A DNA stretch of 64,000 bases from Lytechinus pictus (taxonomy: Eukaryota): NCBI RefSeq assembly GCF_037042905.1, contig NC_087246.1:620001-684000 (forward strand). Reading direction: 5' to 3'. Positions 12,801 through 25,278 of the stretch are shown in pieces. Positions within the stretch are counted from its first letter, which is position 1, and every line of letters starts with the position of its first letter. Below the pieces are notes generated by a model that was not told the origin of the DNA, made no database searches, and saw only the letters and a program-made list of their open reading frames with translations. Both the position numbers and the translations under genes were made by a program.

Positions 12801-15800
12801 GCCCGCGCTTTTGAATAACTTCCCGCGATATGCAAGCAATGAACTCCTTTCATTAGTACTTTCGCCGAATTCAACCGGTGTTATGCAACAATCCTTTCAG
12901 CTCAGCGAGTGAAGAATTGATGTATTCTTCGTGAAATATGATGGCGGAGTAGGAGGCAACGACAGAGAGAGAGAGAGAGAGGGAGAAGGAGGAAAGAAAT
13001 GCTATTTGCTCACATTTTGCGAAGGAATAAGACAACACTGCTGTCAGTGTTGTTATTGAATATGACCATCGTCGATGCGATGAGCGCCTCCCCCTTCGGT
13101 CTGGTCTCTCCCGGGGTCTCTCCCAAAATCCATTCACTGGTGGGGACACCATCGTTGCTTATGAACGCTATTCGCATGTATAAAGTTGACTTTCGCACGT
13201 GTTTATGTTTTGACCAAGGCGGAAGTGGAACGCGAATTGCATTATGGACTGACGTCATGAATAAATTACCCCGAGTCCAATCTCGAGTGCGTCTGCACCG
13301 ACGAATTAGCGGGATAATTCGTAAAATAGCGCGCTATTTTGCAAATAAACCCGAGTTGACTTGGGATTGCAATCTCGAGATTAATCCTACGAACTAGCGC
13401 GATAATTGCGTCTGCACCGCCAACTATCTCGAGATTTTTCAGATCGGGATAATTTGCCGGATCAGAAATAGCGCGCTAATTTGAAACTTCGGGATGGTGC
13501 AGACGGCCCTAATGGAGCTTTAACCCTTATTAAAATGGGGGGGGGGGGTCAATTTGACCCACCCCCTCGACAAATTTCGTCGCTACGCCGCCACGCAAAT
13601 TTTTTTGACCGCGCCGCTTGCTGACTTTTTTACTTTCAAGTCTTGCGCATCTTTTGAGACCAAATTTGCAACGCCCCGGTACGGTTCCGAAATTACGCAA
13701 TATTTTGTAAGCGCAAATCAGTCCCAAAATTGCTTTAAAAAAAACGTGATTCCGTGTACAAAGTAAATGCAAATTGTGTTTTTCAATCAAAAATCATAAA
13801 TGTCTGATTATCTTTACTTTTGTTGTTTTAGAAGATTATTTTATGTTATTTATGATCGCAGAAGGCTCCCCGACAAAGCTCATCCAAAAAAAAACCAATG
13901 GTTAAAAAAAAAAAATATATATATAAGAATTTGAAAAACAATAAAATAAATAGGAAATTAATTATTTCATGGCAATTTTTTGTAGATTTTTGTTAGAAAT
14001 TTAAATATTGATATGTTCACCAAAAATTTGCATTTTACCAGCTTTATAAAGTGAGTTAAAGGCAAAAACATACACAAACAGCCAAATTTGTAAAATTTCA
14101 TGCACTTATTTGCATAATTGATTAATAAAAAAATATAAACGATCAATTTATTGAAAATGTTACTATACAGTCTTGGAGTTTACATCCGGCTCTATGTGGG
14201 TGCAAATTTTTGCGGCGATCGCGCAACATAGACAAATAAAAACAGCCGAGATCTTAGGGGGGTCAACTTGACCCCCCCCCCCCCCCGTGTATATGTTGGT
14301 CCGAAATAGCCCAGTTAAGATAGGGTTAATTTGTTATACCAACCTGTTTCCAAGGAGTTTCTTGTAGAATAGAAACGGAAAAGGCAATATAACAATGACC
14401 TTATTATAGAACATCAGAGCGAACATCTTGCCGACTGATCGTAACTTGTCAATATCCTTATAATCCTGTTTATATAAAGTTCACAAAATAAAACAAAGAG
14501 TATGCATGACATCAGAGCAAACAAATTATAGCTTATAGTTTCATTTCCAGTAACAAAGCCTGTATTTTCCCGGAAAAAAATAATACTGTTTATGGAAGTG
14601 CAATTTACAGAATACTAAAGATAATATTTTTTTGTGACACTATAGATTAAATAATGGTTAGAGCTCGCTATTCCGAAGATTTTCACAATTCGAAGGTTCA
14701 TAAGTCGGAAAATATTTCGTTCGTATATTTCATTATACTAGTTTGTTTTCGGACTATCGAACCTTCAGAATACAAACTAGATTTCTTCTCCGATTAACGA
14801 GCCTTCGGAATACCAAGTATAAATTCATTCATTCATAAATTAATTCATACAAATAATTATATAAACAGATGTATGTAAACCTGAGAGACCAGCGTAATAA
14901 TCAAAATTATTATTGAAAAAAAATATCTGTAGGGGGCATATTGGAAAGCTTGCTTCAGAGATGATTTCATTCTTACCTTGTTAAACCACAATGTAGTACA
15001 CGATGGAGAGTCGGTGAGTTTCTTGAAGACCGTGTGCTTCTGAGTATTGAATAGCTCTCCAAAGAACCGCGAGAAGAATTCCTATAGAAGATGAGAAAAA
15101 CATCGAAATACTCATCAGACAAATGTCATTTTCTAAAATTAAAATAATGAAAAACAGATATTTACTATAAATTGGACCCGCTTGTGCTCTTTTGTGAATT
15201 TACACGACATACTAATGGTTTATCACCTGTGATTATTGATGCAAAGACAGTTTCCATTATTTTATACTGGGCATATATGGTGGCTCAGTGGTATAGAGCT
15301 CAGGCTCATGAACGGCTGAGGTCGTGGGATCGATTCCCAACCAAGTCATACCAAAAGACTTTTAAAATGTGACCTTCTGCCTTCTTGTAAGGCGACGTAT
15401 GGGAATGGAGAAGGGTATTAATGACATGTTATATTATGCAGGACCCGCTGAAAGAACAACTTACAGCTGAAATAGCTTGTATGAAAAAAAAGTTATTATT
15501 ATTATTGTTTTATTATTTCTATAAAACAAAATAGCTCAGTGGTTGGATGAAAGAAAGGCCATGTCTCCAATCTTTTAAAATTAATGAATCCCTTCCCCTT
15601 TGAATTTTGATATTTGAATTGACAACGTGATAATGAGACCCAATTAACCCCTCCTCCCGAGTACCAATCCCAGCATGGTCCCATCTCGGCAATGGACACA
15701 GGGGTGGCGCCATGACATTTAGATAAAGAGATCAAAAGTCCTATGACGATCTATTCATTTGGGCTGGTTTTCCCTTTCTTACTTACTTTCATCGGTCCAC

Positions 15801-18800
15801 CAGCATTTACTCCCAATGACACATTATCCTTGAAATGGACTTCGAATGGAAGTAAGAGAGATGTTTCACTCTTATTTTGTATCTTTGCGATCGCCGATTC
15901 AACAATCTTCTCGATGTCATTGTCTATCTCGAACTGAAGGTGTGCCGGTTTCAGATGAAGAGGAGGTAAAATGAATATTTCCAACCACAAACTTGATCCT
16001 GGTTCAAAACTTGTTTCAAACTCCCGTCTGATCTCTAAAAGAATCTGTTTGTGGTGGCGCTGTAGGTTATAAAAACAAAATAATGGTGCAAGGAAATGTA
16101 TTTGAAAATGTTAAGTTAATCTGTTTAAAAACGGAACCTTACTCTCTTTTTGTTATTACAAAATAATACAAATATCCACTGTATTGTGCAGTATTCCATG
16201 AAGCCAGATATTCGTGCACAAAAAGGGAAAAGAAAGTGATTTAAGTTTCGTGACACAAAGTTATTTATTAAAGTGTGGTCCCTAGAAATTAAGATAAACT
16301 TCAGGATTTTTAATTATATTTCCTTAAATATAATCAATATATGAAAGTTATTTTCCAGGGAATAATATAGGTTATTCACACACAAAAAAACAGGTAGCTA
16401 CATATTTACTTGTGTTACACTATTAAGCTAATCAACCAGCCCTTAGGACGTATATTTTCTAACACTTTCTTCTTATTGATTAATTAAAATAGATAATCAT
16501 TTCTGAGACGTATAGTCATGTATGACGAATGCCTGCAAATATTTACACGTTTTCATATTTCATTTAAAAATAGCAGATAACATGCAGATAAAGAATATTA
16601 TGAAGGTATTATCCTACCCCGCATGTAGAATCAAAGTGCATACGCATCATATTCCACTTCTTTGGTATATCTAGTAGAAATGAAAATTGACCCTGAAAAT
16701 AAAAACATAAAGAAAACAGAATTTGTTGTCAGATAAGCATGAGCAGAAATTAATGGGGTACTCTATGCTGAAAATAACATGATTTGAATAGATAAAGAAA
16801 AAAAAACACTGAAAATTCGATCAAAATCGGACAAAAGGAAAAAAGTTAGGACATTTCAAAGATTTGCATTATTTCAGTGAAACATTTCTATGCATGTCTT
16901 CATGAATATTCAATGAGCAAGCTGATGATGTCATATTCCCATTTGTTCTTTTGTATTTTATTACATGAAATTATGCTTATCTTTTTTTTTCCTCCAAGAA
17001 CTAAAATAAATGTATTGACAACTTGTTTAATGCATTAGTTATTCATTGTTTCAAGATTGTTATCCAGTGGGGATGTGACATCATCGGCCAACCTAATGAA
17101 TATTAATGACGACATGCATATAATTTTCAAGACTTGCTAGTTAAATTTTCATTCTACATACCTAGATATGATTATTTTCAGCCAAGAATACCCATTAAGA
17201 GAAAGACAAAGTCACATCAAGCGAAACTTAGGTGTATAATGAAGTAAATATCCCTTTGTTCTCAAGAAAACAAAAGGTAAACCAAAATAAATGAATAAAC
17301 ATCATAATGCATAGAGAAAATTTGATGAAAAATATGATAATGAATATGGATCTAAATGTAAAGATAGTCACCAGATCAGTCACACATGCCATCTATTTTA
17401 AATAACTTGGAAACTGGCTGGCCGCTTCCATATTGGTTACCATGCATGCCATTCCGGCAATTAATCATCGTCTGTCTCTTTATTTTAATAAGGGCTTGAA
17501 ATATTTATATTTTTCAATCCACACTTTTAGGGTTATCAGGTTTCATTTTATACTTGTAACATTGTATTTTTATGGTTGCTAGCGCTTTAGACTATTCTTG
17601 GAAAAGCGAAGTACATAAATAATACATAGTAATAAATAGTTATTTTCTTAGATCATGCAACGGTAGCATATAACACTGTTTTGCAACGTAAATCTTCAAA
17701 TTATAGGCTCATTTGTATTTACCGTGTGCAATATAGGTCCATGGTGCAACAAAAAGTTCCGTTGTAGAAAGCCCTCCTCAATCCTCCTGTCAGTATCTAC
17801 TTGTAGAATGTAGAATAGATTGACTGGAATCTTGTAACCAAGTGATTTATTCACCTGTAAGTGAAAATAAGGAGCCATGTTTAATGTTTTATTCGCACTA
17901 ACAAAACCTGTACTCCGAACCGACCGATGTATATCATTGGAAATAAAATAATTGATTTGGTGGATCTGGAGTGTGTTGTGACTGTCAATAGTTTCAAAAG
18001 CATCGTGTATTGAATAGAACCATATCATCTATTGTCACATTCCGACCGATGAACTTTTTTTTTATATTCACGGAAGCTTAATAAAAGTTCAATCTACTTG
18101 ACGAGATGGCGATGATTGTATCTTGTCATGACATCGACGTAATATCCCAGTTTTCGCTCAACGATGTACATGATCCGGCCAACCCAAAGCAGAGAAATAA
18201 TCTAGAGCTGAATACAGAGGATTAATTAGCCTGCGTTCAGGAGAAAATTTATCCTTAAAGGACAAGTCCACCCCAACAAAAAGTGGATTTAAATAAAAAG
18301 AGAAAAATCCAACCAGCATAACACTGAAAATATTTCATCAAAGTCGGATGTAAAATAAGAAAGTTATGACATTTTGAAGTTTCGTTTATTTTTCACAAAA
18401 CAGTGATATGCACAACTCGGCAACATGCAAATGAGACAGTTGATGATGTCCCTCACTCACAATTTCTTTTGTTTTTTATTGTTTGAATTATACAATATTT
18501 CATTTTTTACAGATTTGACAATTAGGACCAACTTGACTGAACCATATAGCCTAGTATTAAACATTGCTAATTCCACATGTTCAAGACGAATAATCGTTGT
18601 CAAACATGACATTGAGGAGAAAATTAGAATATTTTACATTTCATATAATAAAATACAAAAGAAATAGTGAGTGGATGACGTCATCAGTCTGCTCATTTGA
18701 ATACCGAACAGGATGTACATATAACTGTTTTGCGAATAATAAACGAAATTTTAAAATGTCATAACTTTCTTATTTTACATCCGATTTTGATGAAATTTTT

Positions 18801-21800
18801 AGTGTTATGCTTGTTGGATTTTTCTCTTTTTATTTAAATCAACTTTTTGTTGGGGTGGACTTGTCCTTTAAAATAAAAGAGGTTCCTGCAGCAGAGTCTC
18901 GAGAACACCTGTAATCTTACCAGATTGCGTAATCTTACATTACATCATGTAAAATTACAGGAAATTGGTATTTAGTGTATGGAACCTTACAAATTTCTTA
19001 AAATAAAACATCATTTTCCCCTTTTTAAACAGACCTGTTCTGTTAAATTGCAGGAAAATTCCTGTCTTTTGAATTTACAGAATGATTCTGTTATTGCTTT
19101 CTGTAAAATATTCTTTTTTTCTGTAAAATCAGTTTTTTTTTACAATTTACGTCGCCGAGCAAAACTCAAAATTAAGATGAAGAGGCACGTTATTTTCCCA
19201 AGTCGACTTATGTGTCGTCATGGTACTTTATCTTGCTTGTATGACAACATATATGATGTAAAATTACAGGAAATTGGTATAATAATCATTTGTTGCAAAA
19301 CGCATCAAAATAATTCTCGACTGACTTGCGCCGGGTTAATCAATAGGTCTAATTGATTTAAATTCAAATTGAAACTTTACAGTTTTTCTACAAAAGTATT
19401 TACCTGGTACAAGATACGCAATGCGGCTAAGTTTATGTTTTCTTTTTGCCTCAAATCAAGAATGTCCATTGTATAATTGTTGAGTAGATTCCTATATGCC
19501 TCTTGGTAGACCTTGACCACTCTAGCTAACATATCCGAATCATTCTCCCACCAACGCACTATAAAGAATGAAGAGATTTAAAAAAAATAAAGTTTCGATT
19601 ATTTTTTGAAATTCTTTATCAATATGACAATTTTCAGGTTTAATTTAAACTTTTGATTCAGTCTACATCAACAACGTACCAGTGGGGTGGCCAGAGTCTG
19701 ACTCGCCCTTATTTGCTTGTCTGATTTTTTTTCAACTCACGGTAACATTTGACTTCGTTTTTTATTAGCTTTCTGAATTTTCAACAATGGGAATATGTTT
19801 TTTTTTTTTTTTTTGGTTAGATAATTTTTATCCCTCTTGAAGACGTTTTTTAAATTTTATACGCCATTGGTCTGCAGCTATACACTGTAAAAAAATATTG
19901 GGTAAAATTTTTACCACCACGAGGGTAATTATGTGTCAAACCAATTTGGGGCACTAGTATTTTACCCAATTCGGAAAGCATATTGTCCAGTAAGGTTAAA
20001 AAATAAGCAAAATGTTCATCACGCTGGGTAAATAAAAATGACCACTGTTGGTTGGACATGGAGCACTTTTAGCTAGTCATCCATTTCTAACCCTTCCTCT
20101 TTACGCCTTTCTATGTATGTTTTTACCTGTTGTTCTTCCATAAACATTAGGGACCCATTTGATCATGCAAGCATTAATTCTGTTCGGGCTCATGATCCCC
20201 CAACCCCCCCCCCCCCTACTTTCAAAATCTTTCCATAGTCCCTGCAATCAAGCAAACTTGAGATTTGTTTTACCAAGCACATCAAAGTTGGTCTTCGCCC
20301 TGCCATACATGTTGATCAAGGTAACCGCCAATTCTTCGATGATACGATAACCCCACTCTTCATTTGGCCTGTCGAAAGCTGGACACTCGAGTACGATCGG
20401 AACAAATCGAAGAAGATCGGATTCGATTTCGTCCTTGCAGAGTTTTGGTCGCATATCTCGTAGGTGTTCAAGGATTACTTCTGCTACCTGTTTAAAACAA
20501 TTGACAATATAATCCCCTTTCATTACTCAGTCAGAAAAAAAAAACGTTTGAGATATGGAGAACAAAAAATCAAAATGAAAAAAACTAACAAAAATATCTA
20601 TCAATTTTTTTATCATTATAACAAATTTGAAGAAATAAAACGATAATTATGTAACAACAACCAGGGGCGGCGGGGCGAAGTTGAAAATGGGGGCACAGGG
20701 AAAAAAGGACACCTTTTCTTCCGAAAAGGGCACTATCTTAAACATGGCCGTATGCAGAAATTTTTCGCTGGGGGCAGCACGCATAAACTTTTTGAAAAAA
20801 TTGAAAGCGAGGGAGCAAAGTGACCGAGCTTAATATCATTGAGGCGCTTTTGCATTTTGTTATGTGAAATTGATGGATTTTGTGCATACTTTTCGTGAAT
20901 TTTGTGAAAATCTGGAGTAAAAAAAATATGAGTTTTCAAAATCCCCCCCCCCCCCCGCTGCGTACGGCCATGATCTTAAAACAAAGATTGAAAATGACTT
21001 ATCTACCCCACTCACATGACTCATGAAACTTAAGGCAACTCATTATGCACTTGCAGAAGGAAGCAGAACGGCGCTAAATAAAATATACTTTAAAAAAGGC
21101 ACGAAAAGAGTGGTGGTTTTCTAAGGACATCTGAAACGAAGAACAGGCACCTATGAGAAGGCAGAGGGGCACAGAACACGTACGTAAAAGGGGCACTGAT
21201 ACGAGAAAGGGCACCTATAAGAAGGCAAAGGGGCACTTGCTAACGGCATAAACGAATCCTTCTCAGGTGAAAAGGGCACAGAACACGTTCGTGAGGGGGA
21301 ATATTTTGGTAAAATTTGGCACTGACACGAGATATGGCACTTTCTAACACATAAAACGGGTCCTTCTCAGGTTAAAGGGGCACAAAACACGGCCGAATGA
21401 GGGGGCATTATTTTGGGAAAATGGCACTTATACGAGTAAGGGCACTTGGTAACACCTTAAATGGGTCCTCTTCCGATGAAAGGGGCACAGTACACGTTCG
21501 TGAGGGGGCGGCATTTTTCTCAGTTGCGTAAAAAGGGTTCTTTATTAGTGCTTCACAATTTTTTTTTTTGGGGGGGGGCACTGTGCCCCCAGGATCGCCG
21601 ACTCTGACAACAACCCAGTGCGAAGTTGCCCGAAATGATAAATCTATAAAGTGGTGTAGGCCTTCTCAATCAATCAATATGGTATTAAGAATTAAATGAA
21701 TCGATCAAAAACCATTGCACTCTATTAATCATGAAATAGATATTTAGGATAACAGTAGTAGATAAGTAGTATAGTAGTCGTAGTTGTTGTTGTTATAATA

Positions 21801-23880
21801 TATATGGACCACCAGTACACATAGTTTATTCGTTATCCTTTTATTTTGATATTCAAGGATTATTCTTACCTGTTCCAAGAGTTTGCTGTTTCCTTTGAGA
21901 AATCGGAATGTTTCTTTCAGTGATTCCATATTTATTCCTGCATACTTTTCTCTGAAATAAAAGTAGTAGTAGTAGTAGTATTTCTTTCCGTATTAAAAGC
22001 ATAATTATATACAATAAAACACGGTGGATAGCCCACATTCAACGAGACTGGCACTGTCACGCTGGTCTTCCGTGGGGTCCAAAAATAAAAGACGCATGTA
22101 CAAAATAAATGTGGCCTAATTATGATTATTAAACAAGAATTAATGACATTAATGACAATCGACCCATCAGGTTATTTGCAATTGAATAATTATGCACATT
22201 TTCGTTGGTATATTTAGGGGACACCATAAAATTCTACGAGGTGTGGTCTGACACGGCACATTTTGGTAAAAGAAATTTGTTACCAAAATAGAATGAACAA
22301 CTGTCATTTACATTAGACGCATATTTTTCACCCTGATTTTGATAACCGGATCTGCCACGAATTCAGCTTATGCCCAGTTTTCTCAAATTTAATCACTTTT
22401 GGTATTGCAGTTTATCCTCCTCATGAATAATAAAAATGTGAAATTTGCCCAACAAGAAATTTGAAACCAAAAAATTACTGAACCAAACTTCATGTTTTTG
22501 CTAATTTGACGCTTAAATTTGAGCCATATCTGCATATCCGAGGCTTGACTCGTGTAATTTTTAAGAACAACAACAAAACAAAATTCATGTATATCTTTGA
22601 GATCTCCTCCTTCTGTAACGTTTGATTTATTTTACTTGCTTTATCCAATGAATTTTATCAATTATTGAAGATTCCATTATTTAACTTCTTTCATTAAGGG
22701 GTGTATTTTATGACTCTGATATTATTTAAAGGAATGAAATTGGGCAGAGTAATGTCCATTGAATATCTAAAGTTTGAGGAGCTGTAGATTTTTTTTTGTA
22801 TTTGTTTATCGTTCTCTCCCCCTTCTTTCTATTCTTGCGGAAGGCATCAATTATTCAATAATAGTATTTAAGTGACTGTAATACATGGAATTGTAAGTTT
22901 GTTCTTGATTTGTTTCAATTTTGTGTTTTTGTTTTGCATTTGAAACAAATGGCGAGCGAGAAATAACTTTATGAAAACAATTAAATTTTCAATTTTGAAA
23001 TCTGAAGAGAAAATTGTATGTATATCTGACATTAAGAAGGTCAATAGTTTACCCAAAAGGGGTGATTGTGTGCATGTGTGTGGGGGCGTAAAAGGCAAGA
23101 GGCGGGGGCGTTCACACCTTTTTTTGTTGCTTTTTTATGTCAGTTAAGAAATGTTTATTTGCGGAACGAAGGGACCTACTGCCTTTTGTATATCTGGATT
23201 AAGTATACAAAATAATTGATCATGATTCAATTTTTTTTTACAAAAATGCACGAGAAACAAAAAAAAAGTACAACTATTTGTTATTTTAAGATCGAAAGAA
23301 TATTTCAATATTGTTGGCACCAGATGGTTTGATTGATAATAGAGTGTATTTTCCTCAATTACCAGGCATGAAATTCCCATCATTCTAAATAGATATAAAC
23401 TGCCCATTATGTTAAAAAAATGAAGGTGAATTTGGGTGAAGTTTTAAGGAATCAACGACCTCATTCAACCACTTCTTCATTAACCCCTAATGACGCCACT
23501 CTCTAATTAGAGATATGTATATGCACTCTGCAAACACTCCTCTCTATAATTATCATGCAAAGTGAAGACTGAAGAATTTCACTCTATAAGAGTGTATTTT
23601 CGTTCAAGAAGAAATCTATTCCTAATGGTGAGAAACCTGCATAAATATTTCCAATGAACAGTGTAAATTTCATGATGCAATACTTCCCCTAGGCTTGTAC
23701 TATTATCGACATAAATATTATTTTTTACCTGAAATTGATGAAATCCTCATCAAAGAATGCTCCTACCAGTGATGGAGGTGACATTGCTCTGTACAGATCA
23801 GTTCGTTGTTTTTGAGTTAGATCAGATCCACGATCTAACCTAAAGATGCCGTCAAGTATCGTTTTGGAATTGGTTGCCAT
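6885..23880 (-). CDS. HERC4: HERC3/HERC4-like HECT E3 ubiquitin ligase, 13 coding exons, 673 aa, apparently without an RCC1-like domain (exact orthology not established)
   Basis: Exons (minus): 23729-23880, 21870-21951, 20274-20487, 19404-19558, 17723-17854, 16618-16692, 15787-16059, 14977-15081, 14344-14465, 10540-10722, 9043-9217, 8352-8457, 6885-7132. All introns are GT-AG with matching phases; total 2022 nt. HECT motifs: GVNAGGPMKEFF, LPFPFLFYKKLLG, FEDLELLDPDIAKSL, ELRPGGKDEVVT, VKMFWSVF, FLRVITGANHVPLGG, PEVNTCH (catalytic Cys codon 6999-7001), LHLPMY. The pre-HECT segments (LLRFVPIVLECP, RWWE, VNKSLGYKIPVNLFYI, FSFLLD) resemble small HERC proteins. Confidence 0.88.
7358..7797. mobile_element. 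Non-autonomous DNA element with CACTGTTT...AAACAGTG ends and TA flanks, carrying a nested MITE
   Basis: Inverted termini flanked by TA. A second, inverted copy of the body lies at about 18880-19146. Confidence 0.75.
7473..7626. mobile_element. 154-bp MITE (GGG...CCC, 3-bp TSD; PIF/Harbinger-type)
   Basis: TIR GGGCACGTTGCATAAAACTTTT / AAAAGTTTTCTGCAACAGGCCC; flanks CAG/AAG. Absent from the paralogous host copy at about 19030. Confidence 0.8.
8616..8889. mobile_element. Harbinger-type MITE
   Basis: TIR GGGCCCCGTCTTACAAAGAGTT / AACTCTTTGTAAGACGGGCCC. Confidence 0.8.
10799..11812 (-). mobile_element. Internally deleted Tc1-like transposon with about 190-200 bp TIRs
   Basis: TA flanks at 10797-98 and 11813-14. 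Long TIRs CACTCTTCAAAAAAAGTTCTTGG... / ...CCAAGAACTTTTTTTGCCGAGTG. Internal transposase C-terminus HRANIVQRFL..WPACSPDINPIEHLWDQL in ORF 11283-11687. Confidence 0.9.
11883..12310. mobile_element. PIF/Harbinger-type MITE with TAA TSD
   Basis: TAA|AGCCCCCATCACACTTATTC ... GAATAAGTGTGATGGGGGCT|TAA. Confidence 0.85.
12615..13509. mobile_element. About 900-bp non-autonomous TIR element (Harbinger-like ends)
   Basis: Ends CTGCACCATCCCGA / TCGGGATGGTGCAG-ACGGCCC|TAA. Internal recurrences of GTCTGCACC and TCTCGAGA. GC-richer than the flanks. Confidence 0.7.
13524..14325. mobile_element. piggyBac-type non-autonomous element
   Basis: TTAA|CCCT...AGGG|TTAA, with subterminal GGGGGGTCAA.TTGACCC palindromes at both ends. 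Confidence 0.8.
15270..15508 (+). mobile_element. Degenerate tRNA-derived SINE
   Basis: A-box-like TGGCTCAGTGG, B-box-like GGATCGATTCC, and a (TTA)n tail at about 15492-15506. Confidence 0.6.
16754..17194. mobile_element. TTAA-flanked MITE related to the Kolobok-type family
   Basis: TTAA|TGGGGTACTCT..GCTGAAAATAA ... TTATTTTCAGCCAAGAATACCCA|TTAA. Shares the internal CACTGAAAATT..ATCAAAATCGG motif with the 18259 family. Confidence 0.65.
18259..18867. mobile_element. Kolobok-type MITE (about 600 bp), copy 1
   Basis: TTAA|AGGACAAGTCCACCCCAACAAAAAG ... CTTTTTGTTGGGGTGGACTTGTCCT|TTAA; long TIRs; homologous to 42564-43155 and 47937-48542. Confidence 0.9.
18880..19146. mobile_element. Inverted partial copy of the 7358-7797 element, without the nested MITE
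   Basis: Reverse-complement match, e.g. GCAGCAGAGTCTCGAGAACACCTGTAATCTTACCAGATTGCGTAATCTTACATT. Confidence 0.85.
20662..21606. mobile_element. hAT-type non-autonomous element with 8-bp TSD and internal GGGCAC repeats
   Basis: ACAACAAC|CAGGGGCGGCG ... CGCCGACTCTG|ACAACAAC. Confidence 0.8.
20743..20972. mobile_element. hAT-type MITE nested in the previous element
   Basis: ATCTTAAA|CATGGCCGTATGCAG ... CTGCGTACGGCCATG|ATCTTAAA. Confidence 0.85.
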
Positions 23881-24015
23881 GGTTACTGCAGTTGGGTTAC
23901 TGGTTCATAGAATATAATTATATTCAAATGAAAAAGTGATCGAAGTAATTGAAAATTTGTTTCGAATGTAAAATTAAACGTGATATAAAAATAAATAAAT
24001 ACACGATGATACTCT

Positions 24016-24787
24016 AACAAGTGGAATGCCTCTGGCCGTCTCACCTGCATCACGCGATTCAATATAGCAGCAGTGCTGATTTTGAAAACTACTATAACTC
24101 GCACAAGATGTTCAGTGATACTTGGTTACTCTTATTTCCACGTTTTATGAACTAGACCAATACACTTATAGAGATATGATGGCAATTCAACAAATACCCC
24201 CAACGTGGCCAAAGTTCTTTGACCTTACATGACCTTTGACCTTGATCATGTGACCTGAAACTCGCACAGGATGTTCAGTGATACTTGATTACTATTATGT
24301 CCAAGTTTTATGAACTAGACCAACACACTTTCAAATTTATGGCTGTAATTCAACAAATACCCCAATTTGGCCAAAGTTCATTGACCCTAAATGACCTTTG
24401 ACCTTGATCATGTGACCTGAAACTTGCACAGGATGTTCAGTAATACTTGATTACTATTATGTCCAAGTTTCATGAATCAGATCCATAAACTCTTAAAGTT
24501 ATGATGGTAATTCAACAGATTCCCCCAACATGGTCTAAGTTCATTGACCCTAAATGACCTTTGACCTTGGTCATGTGACATGAAACTCAGGCAGGATGTT
24601 CAGTAATACTTGATTAACCTTATGGCCAAGTTTCATGAACTAGGTCCATATACTTTCTAAGTTATGCTGTCATTTCAAAAACTTAACCTCAGGTTAAGAT
24701 TTGGTGTTGACGCCGCCGCCGCCGTCGCCGCCGCCGTCGGAAAAGCGGCGCCTATAGTCTCACTCTGCTATGCAGGTGAGACAAAAA
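24016..24787 (-). mobile_element. Helentron-associated / DINE-1-like element (HINE) with an internal array of about 163-bp tandem repeats
   Basis: Subterminal inverted repeat GTCTCACCTGCAT (24038-50) / ATGCAGGTGAGAC (24770-82), a short partial IR nearby, a (GCC)n microsatellite at 24711-24737, tandem units starting at 24107, 24270, 24432 and 24595, and A/T-run ends. Confidence 0.75.
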
Positions 24788-25008
24788 TGATCTTCAAACC
24801 GAGAGACCCCTCCTTGACGATTGACTTACATGCAATGACAACGATAATGAGAGTGGTGAATTCCAGTAGTTTTTCAGTTTTTGAACCCTTCAATGCGGAT
24901 CAAAGTGGATGACTTTATGATTATGTTGACGGCAGCCAAAATATAATGTACAATGTCAGCCTATTGATACGGCAATCGCTCGCTCATGGAGACCACGCAC
25001 GATACTAT

Positions 25009-25019
25009 GGGGAATCCCC
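25009..25019. promoter_or_regulatory. Candidate NF-kB (Rel/p50-type) site GGGGAATCCCC
   Basis: Matches the kB consensus GGGRNWYYCC; 1.1 kb upstream of the HECT gene ATG. Confidence 0.4.
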
Positions 25020-25278
25020 AACTCATGATAAATAATATACAATACCCGTAATATCTAACCGTGCAAATATCACTCACTCCATATATTTTTATTTTTATTC
25101 ATTATTCATTTATTTATTCAAGCTGGACAGTGAGATCAGAATAAATTACTGTTTTGAATTTTGGTCCTGTATAATAAAAAGACATCAAATAAATAAAAAG
25201 ACATCAAATACACATGAAATATTTTTGTGAAAAACACACACAAATACATACAAAAAATTTTATTGAATAGTGTAGCAG

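Noticed and set aside
12587..13397. Overlapping 75-132 aa ORFs as a gene
   Set aside because: They lie within a GC-richer TIR element and show no recognisable domain or splice structure.
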